From Psammoneis japonica (taxonomy: Eukaryota): a stretch of 64,000 bases of DNA. The stretch lies in assembly GCA_008632985.1 (NCBI GenBank), contig QPGO01000027.1, positions 186,001-250,000 on the forward strand, in the 5' to 3' direction. This document shows positions 1 through 12,694 of the stretch, piece after piece; positions within the stretch are counted from its first letter, which is position 1, and every line of letters starts with the position of its first letter. A program made the position numbers and the translations under genes. The notes under the pieces are model-generated. The model did no database searches. It saw only the letters and a program-made list of their open reading frames with translations, and was not told the DNA's origin.

Positions 1-3000
1 GGATCTCAACAAAGATTGCTGCAAAGAAGTCATCACCCCATTCATTAAAAAGGAGCTTGAAGTGGCCGTCTGACGCATGCTTTCATTGTCAAGAATAAAA
101 TGTCAGTGAAGGCAGTGTGTCTTGCTTTTGATTTGGCAACATGTTCTCCAGCTCCAGCGACAAAAGATGGCGCCACAGACAAATGTGAAAGGCTTTCAAT
201 TTCCAAGCAATTCTCTCTCCTCTTGAGCCATCAAGCTCCATTTTCTTTGTGCAGCCAGGTGGAAGATGCTGATGGTTGCACACCAGGCAGATGGCACCAA
301 TTTTTTGGCCTTTCCAACACAGCCAACCAGAACCCTGTGGCTCCCAAAACCCAAAACGCCCCAGAAAGATGATTTGATTCTCTTGAACTTGATGCTGAAT
401 GATGCCAACATTGTGTTCATGATCTGCTCTGTGCCCTCTTCCTTTGCAAGCTGTTCTCTGTTTGGTTTCTTGACAGAAGCTGTTGCTCATGATGAGTGTG
501 GGATGATTGAGTGAAAAGCTCATGCAGCATTCTCACATTTGCAATTTACATTTTTAAGACTTGATGTGTTTGGCCTGTGGCTCTTTTGTTGCTTTGTCCA
601 GAGCCAGTTTGGTCATGCCACAGACTTGTTTTGCCAACTCAAAGCCAGCTCATGCCAAGAGTTTGGTTGGCGAGACATTGCGCACCACATGGACAGCATC
701 TTTGTGCTTTGTTGGGCTTTGGAACATTGTTGCATCACCTCTGCCTGTCATGACTTTTTTTCACAAAGCAACAGGAAGGAGACATGAGTCATGATGGGTT
801 GAGAAGGTCATCCCAGAATGAACCTAAAATTCTGGGGCCAGCATGATTGGCAAATTCAGTGCAAAGTGATGAACCTTGATGGACAAATGCGCGAGCATCC
901 ACATTGTGAATTTCTTGCAGATCATGACACATGTTGTGCTTTGCACTGATTTGGAAATCATTGTGACAAATGGGGCTCAAATCATTGGTGCAAACTTCTT
1001 GCACATTGTGACTTTTGGCAAGGGACGCTGCAAAGGGCCCCACTCCCACCATGCAACCCACCACAACAGTGCCAGTGGATTCTTCTTGCCTCATGATTTG
1101 ACCCACCCATTGAGCATGCTTGTGAACAAGACAAGAGCTCCAGCACACATTGCCAAAATCCAAATCAAAAACACACCCCTCCTTCTCACTTTGCAGTGCC
1201 AGACTCCAGTGGTGCCTTGAATGTCCTGCCAACACCTCCACTTCAAATGTCTGACACATTGTGCTCATGTGGTGTGCACCTTGTTTGCTGTTCTTTTGAC
1301 TTTGGTGCTCTTGTCCAACAAGCCATTGCCAATGTGCTCAAAACACAAGAGTTGTTGTCTGAAATTGATGTGAGCCACATGAGCCACCACCCCTTTAAAT
1401 GCCCACAGGATTTCGAACATGCTGGTCAGCAAGAGGCATTTCAACACCTGTCTGTTCTGCAAATGAACCCTTGTGCCTCAATGTCATTGCATGCATGGTT
1501 GGTTCTGCCTCCATGTCATCTTGCAAAAACTTTGCAATGACATCAATGTCCTTTGTGTTGGTCAATTGTTTGAGTGACAGCATGTGCTTGCTCTTGTCCT
1601 CATGAGCAAAGACATTTTTTGTCTCGTGGTGCAATGCAACAACTTGGATGAAAGGTTGCAACACAGCTTGGCTGTGCAACATGACAGAGAACAATTGATG
1701 CCTTCTTGTGACAATGTTGCTTCTCAAACTCTCCAAAGGAAATTCTGAGATGGGGTGGCAGCAGGAAGGATTGGCAGGAACTCAAACCTGGCAAGGAGTT
1801 GTGCTGCTGTTGTCAACACAACATGATGAATCCATTGTCTTCTGTGGTGCTGGCAGGAGACAAACATGAGATGAAAATGTCCTGAGAGTTGTTTGAGTGT
1901 TGAGCATTCAAAATTGAGTGCTGTGTGTGCATGCAAGTCTGCTCAGCACCAACTGTTTTGCTTTGGCTCCCACTCATGCAACATTTTTTTTTCATTTTGC
2001 CTCCCCCCCATTCACCACATTGCTTCTCCCTCCTCCAGTCTTGGACCATTTTTTCCTTCAAAAGCCCTCCGAATGCACCATTTGAAACAGCCTCACACTC
2101 TCATTTCTTGTTGTTTCTCCATTTGTTCCATGTCTGCAAACTGCTTCCTTGCCCTCATCTCAGCCCTCTCTTTTTGTCTTCTGTGTTGCCAGCTTGTCTC
2201 TGTTTTTGACTGTTCAAAATTTTGAGAATTGGAGATGTGTCTTCAACTCATCTCATTGTTCTTCTGCAAAATGGCTGACATGGAATGCATTTTTCCTTCA
2301 TTGTTTGGCATTTGACTGAAAATGGATTGCCTCTTTGTTTTCTTGCCTTTTCCTGTCCACTGCTTTGCAACCCAAATCATTGCTTGCCCTCACCTCTCTT
2401 TTCTCCTCATGTGTCTGCCAATCCAACAGAGTGCTTGCTTTGCCCTCTTCTCATGTCACTCAGTTTTTGGGGCACACAACAATCAGCACTTCTTTTTTCA
2501 TTGCCAAAAATGCAATTTCCAAAACTTTTGTCCACCCAATTGCTTTGCTGCTGCAAATCCAAATTGCTGCTCCTTTGAGTGTTGTGCCATGTGGTTTCAG
2601 CTTCTGTGCTGGAGCTTCTTTGTGGCTTGCCGGCTGGTGTGCATTTGGTCTCACCATCTCCTGGCTGACTCGCCACGTGGTTTGCAAACACACCGGCTGT
2701 TGTCACCAGTGGCTGTCATTGCCATGCCAGCCGGGAGGTGCAGAAGCCAAAAAGTGACCACAAAACCCACAACTCAATCCAAGTCATGAGCACAAACTTG
2801 CAATGTTGTCAACAATTGTCAGTGTGTCTTGCACTGCAACTCTTTCTGTCCACATGACAAAAACTGCCTCTGGTCCTGAGATGTTTGAACACTGCAGTCA
2901 ATGAGTGTGCAAACCAAGTGCAGCATTTGAAGCTGGAGTTGTTTTGCAGAATGCCAGTGCCCACCCACGAGTGAACAACAGCATCATGATGACAACAAGG

Positions 3001-4080
3001 ATGCTCGCCATTCTGCAGCATCCTTTGCACCCAAAAGCTCTTTGCACTGCTTGTTGTCACTTGCTGTTGGCTGTCATTGATTTTTGTTGCTTTCAGGGCA
3101 TCATGACATGACAGTCAATGCGGCATGCCTGGTTTGTCATCAGATGACAGCATGGATTTCTGGAGATTTCCAGTGAGATTTGCAGAAATGACTGGGATTT
3201 CTGGAGGGTTTTCTGAAACATTTTTTTCTGATTCTCACAGAACTCCAGTGGAAAAAGAATGGGAGCTGTGTTCTTCCAGAATTTCTGTGCCTCAGAGACC
3301 GGACACATTGGAAGCTGGAAGACCCATCCAAGCGGAGAACAGCAGGAGGCAACATGGCAGATGTGTTGCAAAAAACAACTGTGCACAAAGCATCAGATGG
3401 AGTGCCAGAGTTGATGAGCTGATGGCAAAGATTGTCAAGCAGACATGGCTTTTCAGCAGATGCTGCGGCAAAACTGTTTCTTGGTGTTGGTGACAGCAGG
3501 TTCTTGACTGTCACATCTGGAGCAACTGTTTGTTGAAGATGTTTGCAATGAAAGCACATTTTTTGGGAATCTTTGTTTTGCCAGCTAGCTGCAAGGTTGA
3601 CAATGTTGACAAATGTCTCTGGCTCAACAAGGCTGGTGAAGTCATTGTGACATCAATTGCAGTTTTTCATCATTGATGGCAGCCACCGGATGCCATTCTT
3701 GCATTCACAAGAACAAGAAAAAGCTGCAAAATGGTGAAAGGACTGGCTCTGGTGTGTGGAGCATTCGTTGACAATGTCAAATGAAAGCAGCATGAGGCTG
3801 TGGACAGAATTTGATCATCAAGAAAACCTGGGTCATCAAGGAGAATTGTTGCTCTCTTTCAAATCATGCTTCTCAGTCAAATTGGACTTCATCAGGCATT
3901 GAAAGGAAAGAATGGCTCTGCTCAAAGCATGTTCCATTTTTCTCAGCATTCCAATGTTGTCAGTGATTGTCCTCATGGTGATGTGAAGCATGGTTGGACC
4001 TTTTCATCATTTTTTGAGTTGCTAATTGAGATGTTTGCACTGCTTCAGATGCATTGTCCTGACAATGACAGAGTCAGATC
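1..4080. repeat. Degenerate repeat/pseudogene block, strongly TpA- and CpG-depleted
   Basis: Almost no TA or CG dinucleotides and an excess of CA/TG. Many overlapping Cys/His/Gln-rich spurious ORFs. Normal composition resumes at about 4080. Confidence 0.7.
800..1750 (-). pseudogene. TRM5: Decayed copy of tRNA (guanine37-N1)-methyltransferase (Trm5/Met-10+ family)
   Basis: Frameshifted ORF pieces retain Trm5-like motifs: AFKGVVAHVAHINFRQQLL..IG..LLDK..K..ANK, CQTFEVEVLAG, EGCVFDLDFGNVCWSS (cf. F.LDF..VYWNSRL), MVGVGPFA..LAK, VCTNDLSP (VYANDLNP), HNVDARAF (YN.DAR.F). Tyr residues are replaced by Cys/His. Confidence 0.75.
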
Positions 4081-4669
4081 AGTCTAATAAACTGGCAAAG
4101 GACAACGCTGATCCACATTGTGATGGCACAAGGGACAAAATGCATCATAATTGGCTGACCAAATCTGTTGTGAGCTGACCAGATTGGGCCAAAACAGGGG
4201 GAAACGAGTGAGCGTCGTGCCATCAGGTGACATCTTTCCTCCAACATGCCGTGCTTTTAGAAGGCCACTGAGATGATGCAATTCAGTCAACATGACAACA
4301 GAGTTGGAGTAAGCTGGATAAACAATGAAAAAGTACAAGGAGCCAAATGTTCAAGCCATGATCTAACTTGAAATAAAACGCAAGAAAGACCCGAATATCC
4401 TTTGAGTGTTGTCGCTAGCTGTTTGCGGGCCGACGTGAAAGACGCCACTGTGAGTCCTCTCATGTGCTCTAATCGAGGGGAGAAGTGCACCGTTCCTTCC
4501 CCACAAGTGTGCCTCAACCCAACAGAAAGAAGAGCCCATCCGGTCCAGCAGTGCGTGACGCTGATTGCTATAAACCGCGGCAATGAAGGCTCACATTCGA
4601 CGGAAACTCGTACGAATCAACCAGAAAAGGTCTAGCTGCAAAAGTAAAGCAGAACAAGCGAGTCGTCGT

Positions 4670-7600
4670 TCATTTCTTGTTCGAATCTGACAGATAGTCC
4701 GAGTAAGCTCCTTTAAGTTGCTCGGTCTTGCCAAAGGCTTCCCACTCCATGTACAGGGAATAAGCACTTGTCAAGTAATTTGCGGCCCAAAACACTCCCT
4801 CTTGGCCGCTTGCAGTCGACACGCAATAAATACCAGCCCGTTCGTTTGCCAAGGCTTGGTCATTTAAGAAACCGACCCTTCTCGCAGATGCAATTGCTAA
4901 ATCAAAGCCTTGACGCACTTCGTTGAAGCCACGCCCATCGAGGACAGCTTTCTCTGCCATTAACAGATGCATAATGTGAACGCAATTGAGGTTTCCTTTG
5001 GATATCCATACCTTGACGCGACCCATTACTTTTGCAGCACGCTTTCGCCAAATCCTTTTCCCCGTGCTACTGGCAAGCGCAAACGCAGTTAGTCCCTCAA
5101 AAAGGGCAGAACGCCACACCACACTCTGCCCGAGGTTTGTCTTGGGCAAATCCGCCGTAGCCTCTACCATGGACCACGCCAAATAGTAGTCGCCAAAATA
5201 GTATGCAAGCCACATTCTTGCGGCACACGTAATGCTTCGAAGAAACGGAACATCGTTTCCGGCAGCCAGCATTGCTTCTTGCTCCATTGCCGTACCTGTG
5301 AGAACCTTGGGATCGGCGCAAGAGCCCATTAGATTCAATGCAAACTGCCACGGGACGATACTAATTTGATAATTGTATTCCAGTTCATAGTCCTTCATTT
5401 GACGGGTGTACGCTTCATAGTCGGCAACCACACGTGACAGGGGGCGCCCGGTATGCATGGCGACATCGCAGTGATAGGTTATGCAAAACATGGCAAACTC
5501 CACGTCGCCCGTCTCGAGTCCACATTCGTAGCCTTGAAGGTACGGTTTAAAGCTGAGCGGCAGCGGATCATTCCAATGTAGAACAAAGCAGTATGCAATA
5601 AAAATGGTCCGGGCCTCCATTTCCTTCAATTCCATTCGCTTATTCAGCTTTAAGCCGACTTCGGCATACACATTTCCCTTCTTTAAATCCCCGAGAACGC
5701 TCCCTGTTAAGATTCCAATCCGACAAAATGAGGGAGGCGAATACTTGCACAAGCCATACTTGACACTGCGCCGAGTCATTTTGTTAATAAGGAGAACCAT
5801 CAAATCTTGATTGGCGGCGTAAGTATATGTAAGCAGAGTGTCCATGATGCCCATCGTGGCTATCATGGTCTCGTCTTCCATCTGCGGTAAGTCAAGGAGA
5901 GCATTCGCATCATATCGGTCGAGTAGCCTTTTTGTTTTAATCATGTCTCGCAGAACTGTCAGCTTGGATACCTTAGTTGACATTTTGATTCCCAGTTCGC
6001 CCAGTACGTACAGAGAAGTATCAATTGCCTCGAGCAACTTGTTTTGTGTTCCCAAAGAGTGGAGCTGCGTCGAATACGCTCGAAGCTTGTCGAGAAACGA
6101 GAGAGAGTCTTGCGCAATCATTTCATTGATATAATCTTCCATCTCTTCGAGATGGCCTTGACAAAAGGCCGCGTCAGCGGCACTGCCAAATAAATCCAAA
6201 CAAAGTTCACGATGCGATTTCCAATATTCACTCGGCGGACCAAGGCGTCTCAGTACGGCAATGGCTGCCCTTAGGTAGGAGAGGGCGGGAGAAAAGGCCA
6301 ACCCAGCAATGGCTTTCTTGCCAGCTTTGAGATTGAGCCTAGCCAAGGTCATGCGCTTGGCAAAGGCGCTTGGCGGGACAAACTCGAGTCCACGATTCCA
6401 CAAGTCGGCCGCCACAAACACACAATTGTCGTGTCCCTCCAATATTTCACCCATGTGCAATTGCAACAAACCCTTTTGATTCTCAGATATCAAGGAGTAT
6501 GCTGCAATCTGAACATGATCGTGAGCAAAGCGAAACTGGGTGTTGGACTCAACATTTCTTTGCACGGGTTCTAGCAGTCCCTCTCGGACACACCAACTCA
6601 AGTATTTCTGCACCAAGGCCTCAATATCTTTCGTGGACGGCGCCTCCTTTTTCTCCAATTTGGATTCTCTTGTTTTCAAACCATGCACCACGACAGTCAA
6701 TATTTCCTTGTCAAACGTAGAGCCGATACACGATGCTATGCGCAAAATATCTCGCGCCTCATCTGGTAATTTGTTTTCGATTTTGTCTGCCATTAAATCT
6801 GCCACATTATCTGCCAAGGACATTTCCGATTGAATCTTGTCCGCATCAAATTGCCATGCCATTTTGGACGTGTCGTACGTCAACATGTCATCGTCATGCA
6901 AAAACATGACAAATTGTTTGACAAAGAATGCATTGCCCATCGTTTTCTTGTGAATCACCATTGCTAACTCCAACACCGTGACACCGTCCATATGTAGCAC
7001 ATCCTCCAAGAATTCTTGGATATCCTCAACAGTCAAATTAGAAACTTCAATCTTGGTGACGGGAAAAATGTTGTTGCGGTCAATCACATCAAGACAGCTC
7101 GAGAGAATGTCGGTGGCTTCATCCGACCGGTAGCATCCAATCAAGACGACGCCTCGGCTTTGACGATCAGTTGCTAGATTGAGCAAAAGATCAAGTGAGC
7201 TTTGATCAGCCCATTGCAAATCATCCAACACTACAACAACGGGATGGCCCTTGTCTGCGCACACGGAAATGGAGCGCAAAAACTTTCGCACCAAGAAATA
7301 CAAGATTTTTTTGCTTCGGCTTCCATCAAATTGTCCTCCAAGAGTTGCCCCCCCAGATTCACGGGGAGTAAAGGATGATGAATCCTTTTTCTGGTCTGCA
7401 TGCACTTTACGCATATCGAGTAGAGATTCCAAAGCCGGCCTTGGGGCATGTTCCGTGGCTTCCTTGATCTCTTCATTGAAATTTAAAAGAGATGCAATAT
7501 TGGGCACGACAGTTTGAATAGCACTTTGTTCGGCTTCACCCGCAAAGTTGGCCAGGAGCTGTTCCATGATAGCATCAAAAGATGCTCGATCGGAGGACCG

Positions 7601-8443
7601 TAAACACATGATGCGATTCACCAATAGAGAAAAGGCGTCACAAAAGGCCTTGAACGGCATGCGATGTTGCATGTCGGCCATTTCTTGATCGAATTTCCCC
7701 GAAGCAAACATTGTCCTGACATTATTTTGTGGCGTTTTTACAGAACTACGTCGATTGATCGTGCTGGCTCTCGTGTGTAAATCTCGTTGGGAAAGAAGAT
7801 TGACAAGCGCAGTCTTTCCAGTCCCAGCGAGTCCCGACACAAAGGCTGCTTCCGACAAACCAGCATCACTGTTGTTTTCATTTCCATTGGAAGATTTCTC
7901 AACTCGTTTGAGAATATTGCGTAGCGTCTGGATTTCCCCGTCTCTTCCCACGAGATGTTTGTCATCAATTTCAAGTCCCATAAAGATAGATGAGAGGGAT
8001 GTTTGCGAAAAGAGTGATGCCGATCGTGCCGGAAGAGCTTGACTCTGTCGTTGTGACGATCGTAGTCGCAGCGAACTACTGCTGCTCCGGTTCAAATTGC
8101 CGGAGGAACCGGGTTCGCTGCTACTTGATCCCGAACTTCGCTGTCGGCTCGATCCTTGATGGGACGGGGGACCGGGTAAGCTATCCAACGTCAAATTGCC
8201 CCGGCTTTCGACCGAGCCAGAACTCACATGTCGTCCCGCTAGTCCGGGCTGAGGTCGAGGCGGTAAATCCTCAAGAGAAAGACTGACGCGACGTCGTTGA
8301 GAATTGATAGCTTCTCCCGATTCTTGTCTTTGTTGAATTTCTTCCTCATCCTTCTTGACATTATTATGCAATGGAGGTGCGGCCGACTGCAACTCTTCAG
8401 ATTGACCATTTTCCAATGGAGATTCCATTGTATCATCAGTCAC
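4670..8443 (-). CDS. STAND-class AAA_16 ATPase with C-terminal helical/TPR-like region (resembles the ATPase module of bacterial multi-sensor kinases), 1257 aa
   Basis: Intact long ORF with LVGRDGEI, Walker A GLAGTGKT, SGKFDQ, Walker B VVVVLDDLQWAD, KTMGNAFFV, FRFAHDHVQ.AAY and ALANERAG...Y.EW.A.GK. Low-complexity Ser/Arg N-terminus. Confidence 0.85.
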   Translation of the reverse strand: MTDDTMESPLENGQSEELQSAAPPLHNNVKKDEEEIQQRQESGEAINSQRRRVSLSLEDLPPRPQPGLAGRHVSSGSVESRGNLTLDSLPGPPSHQGSSRQRSSGSSSSEPGSSGNLNRSSSSSLRLRSSQRQSQALPARSASLFSQTSLSSIFMGLEIDDKHLVGRDGEIQTLRNILKRVEKSSNGNENNSDAGLSEAAFVSGLAGTGKTALVNLLSQRDLHTRASTINRRSSVKTPQNNVRTMFASGKFDQEMADMQHRMPFKAFCDAFSLLVNRIMCLRSSDRASFDAIMEQLLANFAGEAEQSAIQTVVPNIASLLNFNEEIKEATEHAPRPALESLLDMRKVHADQKKDSSSFTPRESGGATLGGQFDGSRSKKILYFLVRKFLRSISVCADKGHPVVVVLDDLQWADQSSLDLLLNLATDRQSRGVVLIGCYRSDEATDILSSCLDVIDRNNIFPVTKIEVSNLTVEDIQEFLEDVLHMDGVTVLELAMVIHKKTMGNAFFVKQFVMFLHDDDMLTYDTSKMAWQFDADKIQSEMSLADNVADLMADKIENKLPDEARDILRIASCIGSTFDKEILTVVVHGLKTRESKLEKKEAPSTKDIEALVQKYLSWCVREGLLEPVQRNVESNTQFRFAHDHVQIAAYSLISENQKGLLQLHMGEILEGHDNCVFVAADLWNRGLEFVPPSAFAKRMTLARLNLKAGKKAIAGLAFSPALSYLRAAIAVLRRLGPPSEYWKSHRELCLDLFGSAADAAFCQGHLEEMEDYINEMIAQDSLSFLDKLRAYSTQLHSLGTQNKLLEAIDTSLYVLGELGIKMSTKVSKLTVLRDMIKTKRLLDRYDANALLDLPQMEDETMIATMGIMDTLLTYTYAANQDLMVLLINKMTRRSVKYGLCKYSPPSFCRIGILTGSVLGDLKKGNVYAEVGLKLNKRMELKEMEARTIFIAYCFVLHWNDPLPLSFKPYLQGYECGLETGDVEFAMFCITYHCDVAMHTGRPLSRVVADYEAYTRQMKDYELEYNYQISIVPWQFALNLMGSCADPKVLTGTAMEQEAMLAAGNDVPFLRSITCAARMWLAYYFGDYYLAWSMVEATADLPKTNLGQSVVWRSALFEGLTAFALASSTGKRIWRKRAAKVMGRVKVWISKGNLNCVHIMHLLMAEKAVLDGRGFNEVRQGFDLAIASARRVGFLNDQALANERAGIYCVSTASGQEGVFWAANYLTSAYSLYMEWEAFGKTEQLKGAYSDYLSDSNKK

Positions 8444-8659
8444 GTTCGTTGTGCCTTCTTACAAAGTTGTTTCGAACAGACACGTTAGTCGCCGCGGACA
8501 TCACTGAAGAACACAAACAGAACAAATCACAAAACAGGCACCAAATCCAAAATAGCGTACTGTATCCAAAAATTCCAAAAAGGCACCCCCACATCAAAGG
8601 CTTCGACGTCACGGAATTTTCTATGCTGTATGTTATTACCGGCACTGTATTTTGAATTT

Positions 8660-10880
8660 GTTTTCACAAATGCCGATGGCCTCAAGGGAAAAAGCTGGCA
8701 TCGCATGCTGTGGAAGCAAGATCAAATGGTGAAACTTGTGCGCAATGCCATTTCCAAGGAGAGAGTTTAGCAAAGAAGAACTTGTGCGAGAACAACTGAC
8801 CTCATGAATCCCACCAAAGTTCATCGATTGTTTAAGCAGCTGCTAAATCGAAAAAAGGCACCTCCTTCACATCATGATGCACGTTTGCAATTCCATGACA
8901 CCAAAAGACCACGGCCATCATCTGTTGTCCTCAACTTGTTTGTTTTAGTTAGAGGACAGAAAGCCAAGACAAATTCATTCAAAACTGGAAAAACAAAACA
9001 AAATTCACTCATGTGTTTGGGCTCAGTCTGTTCTGTGTTTTTGTTGGGGCATGCTTTGTCCATCTGCCGTGGAGGCAGGCCTTCTTTGTGCTGGTGCTTG
9101 CAAGTGGGCTGGAAAGCAGCTGTGCCTAAAATCAGCAACTTTTTTGCCTTTCGGCCATCGAAGTGCACTTTTGCATCTTGAGAGGGGAGATTGGCTCAAA
9201 CTGGAATGCCATGGTCACCACCAACCCCTCTTTGTTTTGGCCAGCACAGCTTTCAATTCACCAGACTTGGGCAATGGCGGCAAACCCGGGTTGTCATTGC
9301 AGCCACCAACACAACTGCCCTTGACAAAGATGGATGGAACCAAAGTGCAGTCGGTCTTCTTGCCCAGTGTGGCTTGAACTTCATTCCAGTGATTTTGTCC
9401 AAAAAAGGTCTGGCTCCACAGCATTGCAATGAATGCCCTCCTCATCCAGGTGGTCCTTGGTGCATTGACAAAAGGGGCACATGCCAAAGGATGACATGGC
9501 AATGGGTGCCAATTTGTCTTGCAAGAAAGAACCCATCTTTGTGTTTGCTGCTTCCTCATCAAAGTCACCTGCCACCATCTTGGCTGCAAACTGTTTGAAT
9601 TTTCAACCCAGCAAGTTGGAGGCAACAGCTTCAGAAAATTGGTTTGCCATTAAAGAAGACTCACTTCCTGCCAGAGGTTCACCCATCCTGCCCTTGTTGT
9701 TCATTTTGGAGCTGGCTTTGATGTGCGCATCAAGGTTGGGTCACTTCATGCCACCGAGCTCCCTAGAAGTGGAAGAATGGTCACAACATCCAGGCCTCTT
9801 GGCAGCAAAATCATCCATGTTGACTTGCAGCATGTGACTGGAGGTTTCTCGATGAGCAGAAATGATGCTGCATCACAACTGAAATCATCTGCTTGCCTCC
9901 AATGGCCACTCTGGCTCCTCTGCCAAAAGCCTGGACAAGCAAACATCCAGGAAGTGAAGCTCAAATGACTCTGAGTTGCCCGCCCAAATGACGGTGAGTG
10001 CTGCAGCCTCCCTGTCTTGTTGTGTTGACACCTCACAAGGGTTCACCACTGCAGCCCCTTCTTTTGTGTGTCTGTCAATTGTGGTCATCTTGCATGTCTC
10101 TGACAGCAACTTGCGCCACCTTTCAGCAGTGAGCACTGTGGGGACATGTGCTTTTCTGTGGGTGCTTCCAGATGAGACACACCTTCGTTGCACTGGCACA
10201 ACTGGTTGCAGAGCAAAGTGAAAGGTTCTGTGCATTTGGTGTTTTGCTGCAATGGCACTTTGCATCATTGGCCAGGTGGACCAGAAACCCCTCCGTCAGG
10301 TTGGCATTGATGTTTTGGTGTCTGAGATCTTTGATGCAAACATTTGAGTGCCTGCAGTGCTTCAGGCAGTGACAGAAATGTTTAAGAGCCTTCCTCTTCT
10401 TTTTTAAACAAACGAATGAATGAACAAAATTGGCAAAGCCAATTTTCTTCTGCCAAATGTGACAAACAAGAAATGCAAGTGGCTGAGGCAGAGCCGCTGG
10501 TTTGGATGTTTGTCCAACTATTTCGACAAACAGTGGAGGCTTCGCCATTTTGCTCTGTTGTCATTTGTGTGAGAATTTTCTGTTGCTCTTGTGCTGTTTT
10601 TCTTGGGCCTGTGGTGTGGTGTGTTGTTGGCATCTTGTTGGACTCCAATCTTGTGGTGTCCAATGTGCTCAGCTGAGAATGTTTGTGTTTGTTGTTCTCA
10701 GCTGATGACTCATGCCCAGTGGAGATCTCAGCTGCTCAGCTGAGAATGTTGTTGCTTGTTTTGCTCAGCCAGTTTCCTGTGCTCAGCTGACATCGCTCAG
10801 CGCTGAACTCCTGTCATCCATTCTGCTCAGCTGAGAATGTTGTTGTTTGTTCACGATCTTTCATGTTTCACAGGTGAAAA
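8660..10880. repeat. Degenerate repeat-derived block (TpA/CpG depleted), probable transposon remnant
   Basis: Sharp composition switch relative to the flanking genes. No recognisable intact protein. Confidence 0.6.
10665..10850. repeat. Cluster of palindromic CTCAGCTGAG(AATGTT) motifs
   Basis: Full copies of CTCAGCTGAGAATGTT start at ~10668, ~10735 and ~10826, with several partial CTCAGC(TG) copies between them. Confidence 0.75.
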
Positions 10881-11227
10881 AAGGAGAATGCCATGCAGCG
10901 TGATCTGGTGAGACTTGAAGACGAGGTGGAGGAACAGCAGTTGAAAGAAGGCCTGGAAGATGCCACCAGATGGAATGACCAAGGTCGCACCTTGAATCCG
11001 GACAATCAAAGCCGGTCTAGAAGAGTCGGAAAACGGAAACAAGAACTGGATGTGAGAAAGCACTTGATGGAACTTTTCTGCAAGACGAGCTACATCGCCA
11101 TTAAGGATTAACATTTTATTTCCAGGATAGATGTATGAGGCTATGCAGAGCACGCACGACAGAAAAGTCCAGTTTAGAATTGAAATAATGGGTCCGTGAT
11201 TACCCAACTCGCATGCAGTCTACCGTG

Positions 11228-12464
11228 CTACTCAGCCTGAACTGGGTCCTGGTCCCAAACAGGATCACCTTTTGTTATGATTGTAACAACGTCACCAACG
11301 GAAACCGCATGTTTTGAGTGGCTGATTTGCGGCACAGCATTCTGCGCAAAGTAAACATCTGTGTTGCTCCGTCCCAGCGCTCGAAAGTCGGCAAGGGTAG
11401 CCAGAGGCTCTTTGCTTACTTCGCCAGTGACTTGGTCTGTACAGCTTTGCTTGCATCGTGGGCAGCCCTTAACAACATGAAAAATAGTTGTCGTTTCATC
11501 ATTTTTCCCTATTCGAATCGCCTTCCAGGAATCTTCTTCAAAGGGTTGGGTATTCTTTATCACAATGTTGGGACGAAATCGACTCATGGGTATTGCTGGC
11601 TGGCCCTTGGCATTTAGTCTTTTATTCAGCTCTTGCAATGATGCTTCACAGGCAATCAAGATTGGAAATCCATCATTTAGTGACGTTTGTGGCGCGTCTC
11701 CCGATAAGGTTCTTGCAGCTGCTGGTACATAAGCATCATTTACAGTCTTGGGTAACTTCATAGCCACAAGTCGTATGCCGTCGCTGTAGTTGTCGTCATG
11801 GCCTAGGATGGATTGAATAAAGTCAGCCACCTCATCACCCACATCCACGACATCCACAACATCATCCCATATGCCAGCGTGATAGATAGGCTCGTTCTCC
11901 AGTGCTCGAGTTGACACGTCTACTGCAATTGATGTTTCCTTTGTGGAGCAACTCAATTTCAGCGTGTCGGAATCGACCTTGGCGTCAATTGTAGCCAGCA
12001 ACGGGCATTGGCGTTGTGTCACAAATCGATGTGACTCTTTACCAATATAAAAGGAGCCTGCGAGTCGTGGTGGAGATGGAGTAACCAGCATGAACCGCCG
12101 ATCACCGACAAAGCCCAACGAGTCTAATTCGGCAGTCTCCAAAGATACCGCTCGAAGCGATTTGACTAGAAAGAGACACACAAATTCCAGAGCGTGAGCA
12201 TCACATCCAAAGGTTCGCTTCAAACGATCTGCTTATCACCGACTTACCTGGGTATATGCACACATTGCTTACTACAGGACACTGACTGATCGTATCCAAT
12301 GGTTTCTGCTTGCGTTCCAACCTGCGCAGTCGGAAACGAGCAATCCATGCTGCCAACGCTCGACGCGCCTTGACGCTAAGTAACGGAATAGCAAAAGGAG
12401 TAGTAACGAGGACCACCAACAGTGCAGTACCGACGCCATCTTGGTTGATGCTACCGCTAACCAT
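11228..12464 (-). CDS. MOSC-domain protein (mARC-like) with N-terminal membrane anchor; exons 12464-12248 and 12165-11228
   Basis: Removing the GTAAG...CTAG intron at 12247-12166 restores IYPVKSLRAV. Other motifs: GDRRFML, TQRQCPLLA, DGFPILI, MSRFRPNIV, PFEEDSW, KGCPRCKQSCTDQ.TG. Exon 1 has a hydrophobic segment. Confidence 0.9.
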
Positions 12465-12694
12465 CGTCAACACTCAACACCCGCCGTCATCGAGAATCTC
12501 CTTCCGCGCCGCATCCGCAAGATTTTTTTCGGAATTTCAATGTCATATTCAGACATGATGGCTTGGATAAAGAGCAATTGATTCCAAATCTTCGACACGT
12601 ATAAAGGATTGAATTTTCAAATGTTGCCCGGCCGCAAGTCTTCTCTTGTATGTATGGATACCGGTATGATACTAGAGAGTAGGGACCCACCGAC

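Noticed and set aside
10665..10850. CRISPR-like array
   Set aside because: The repeats are short and irregularly spaced, the context is eukaryotic, and there are no cas genes.
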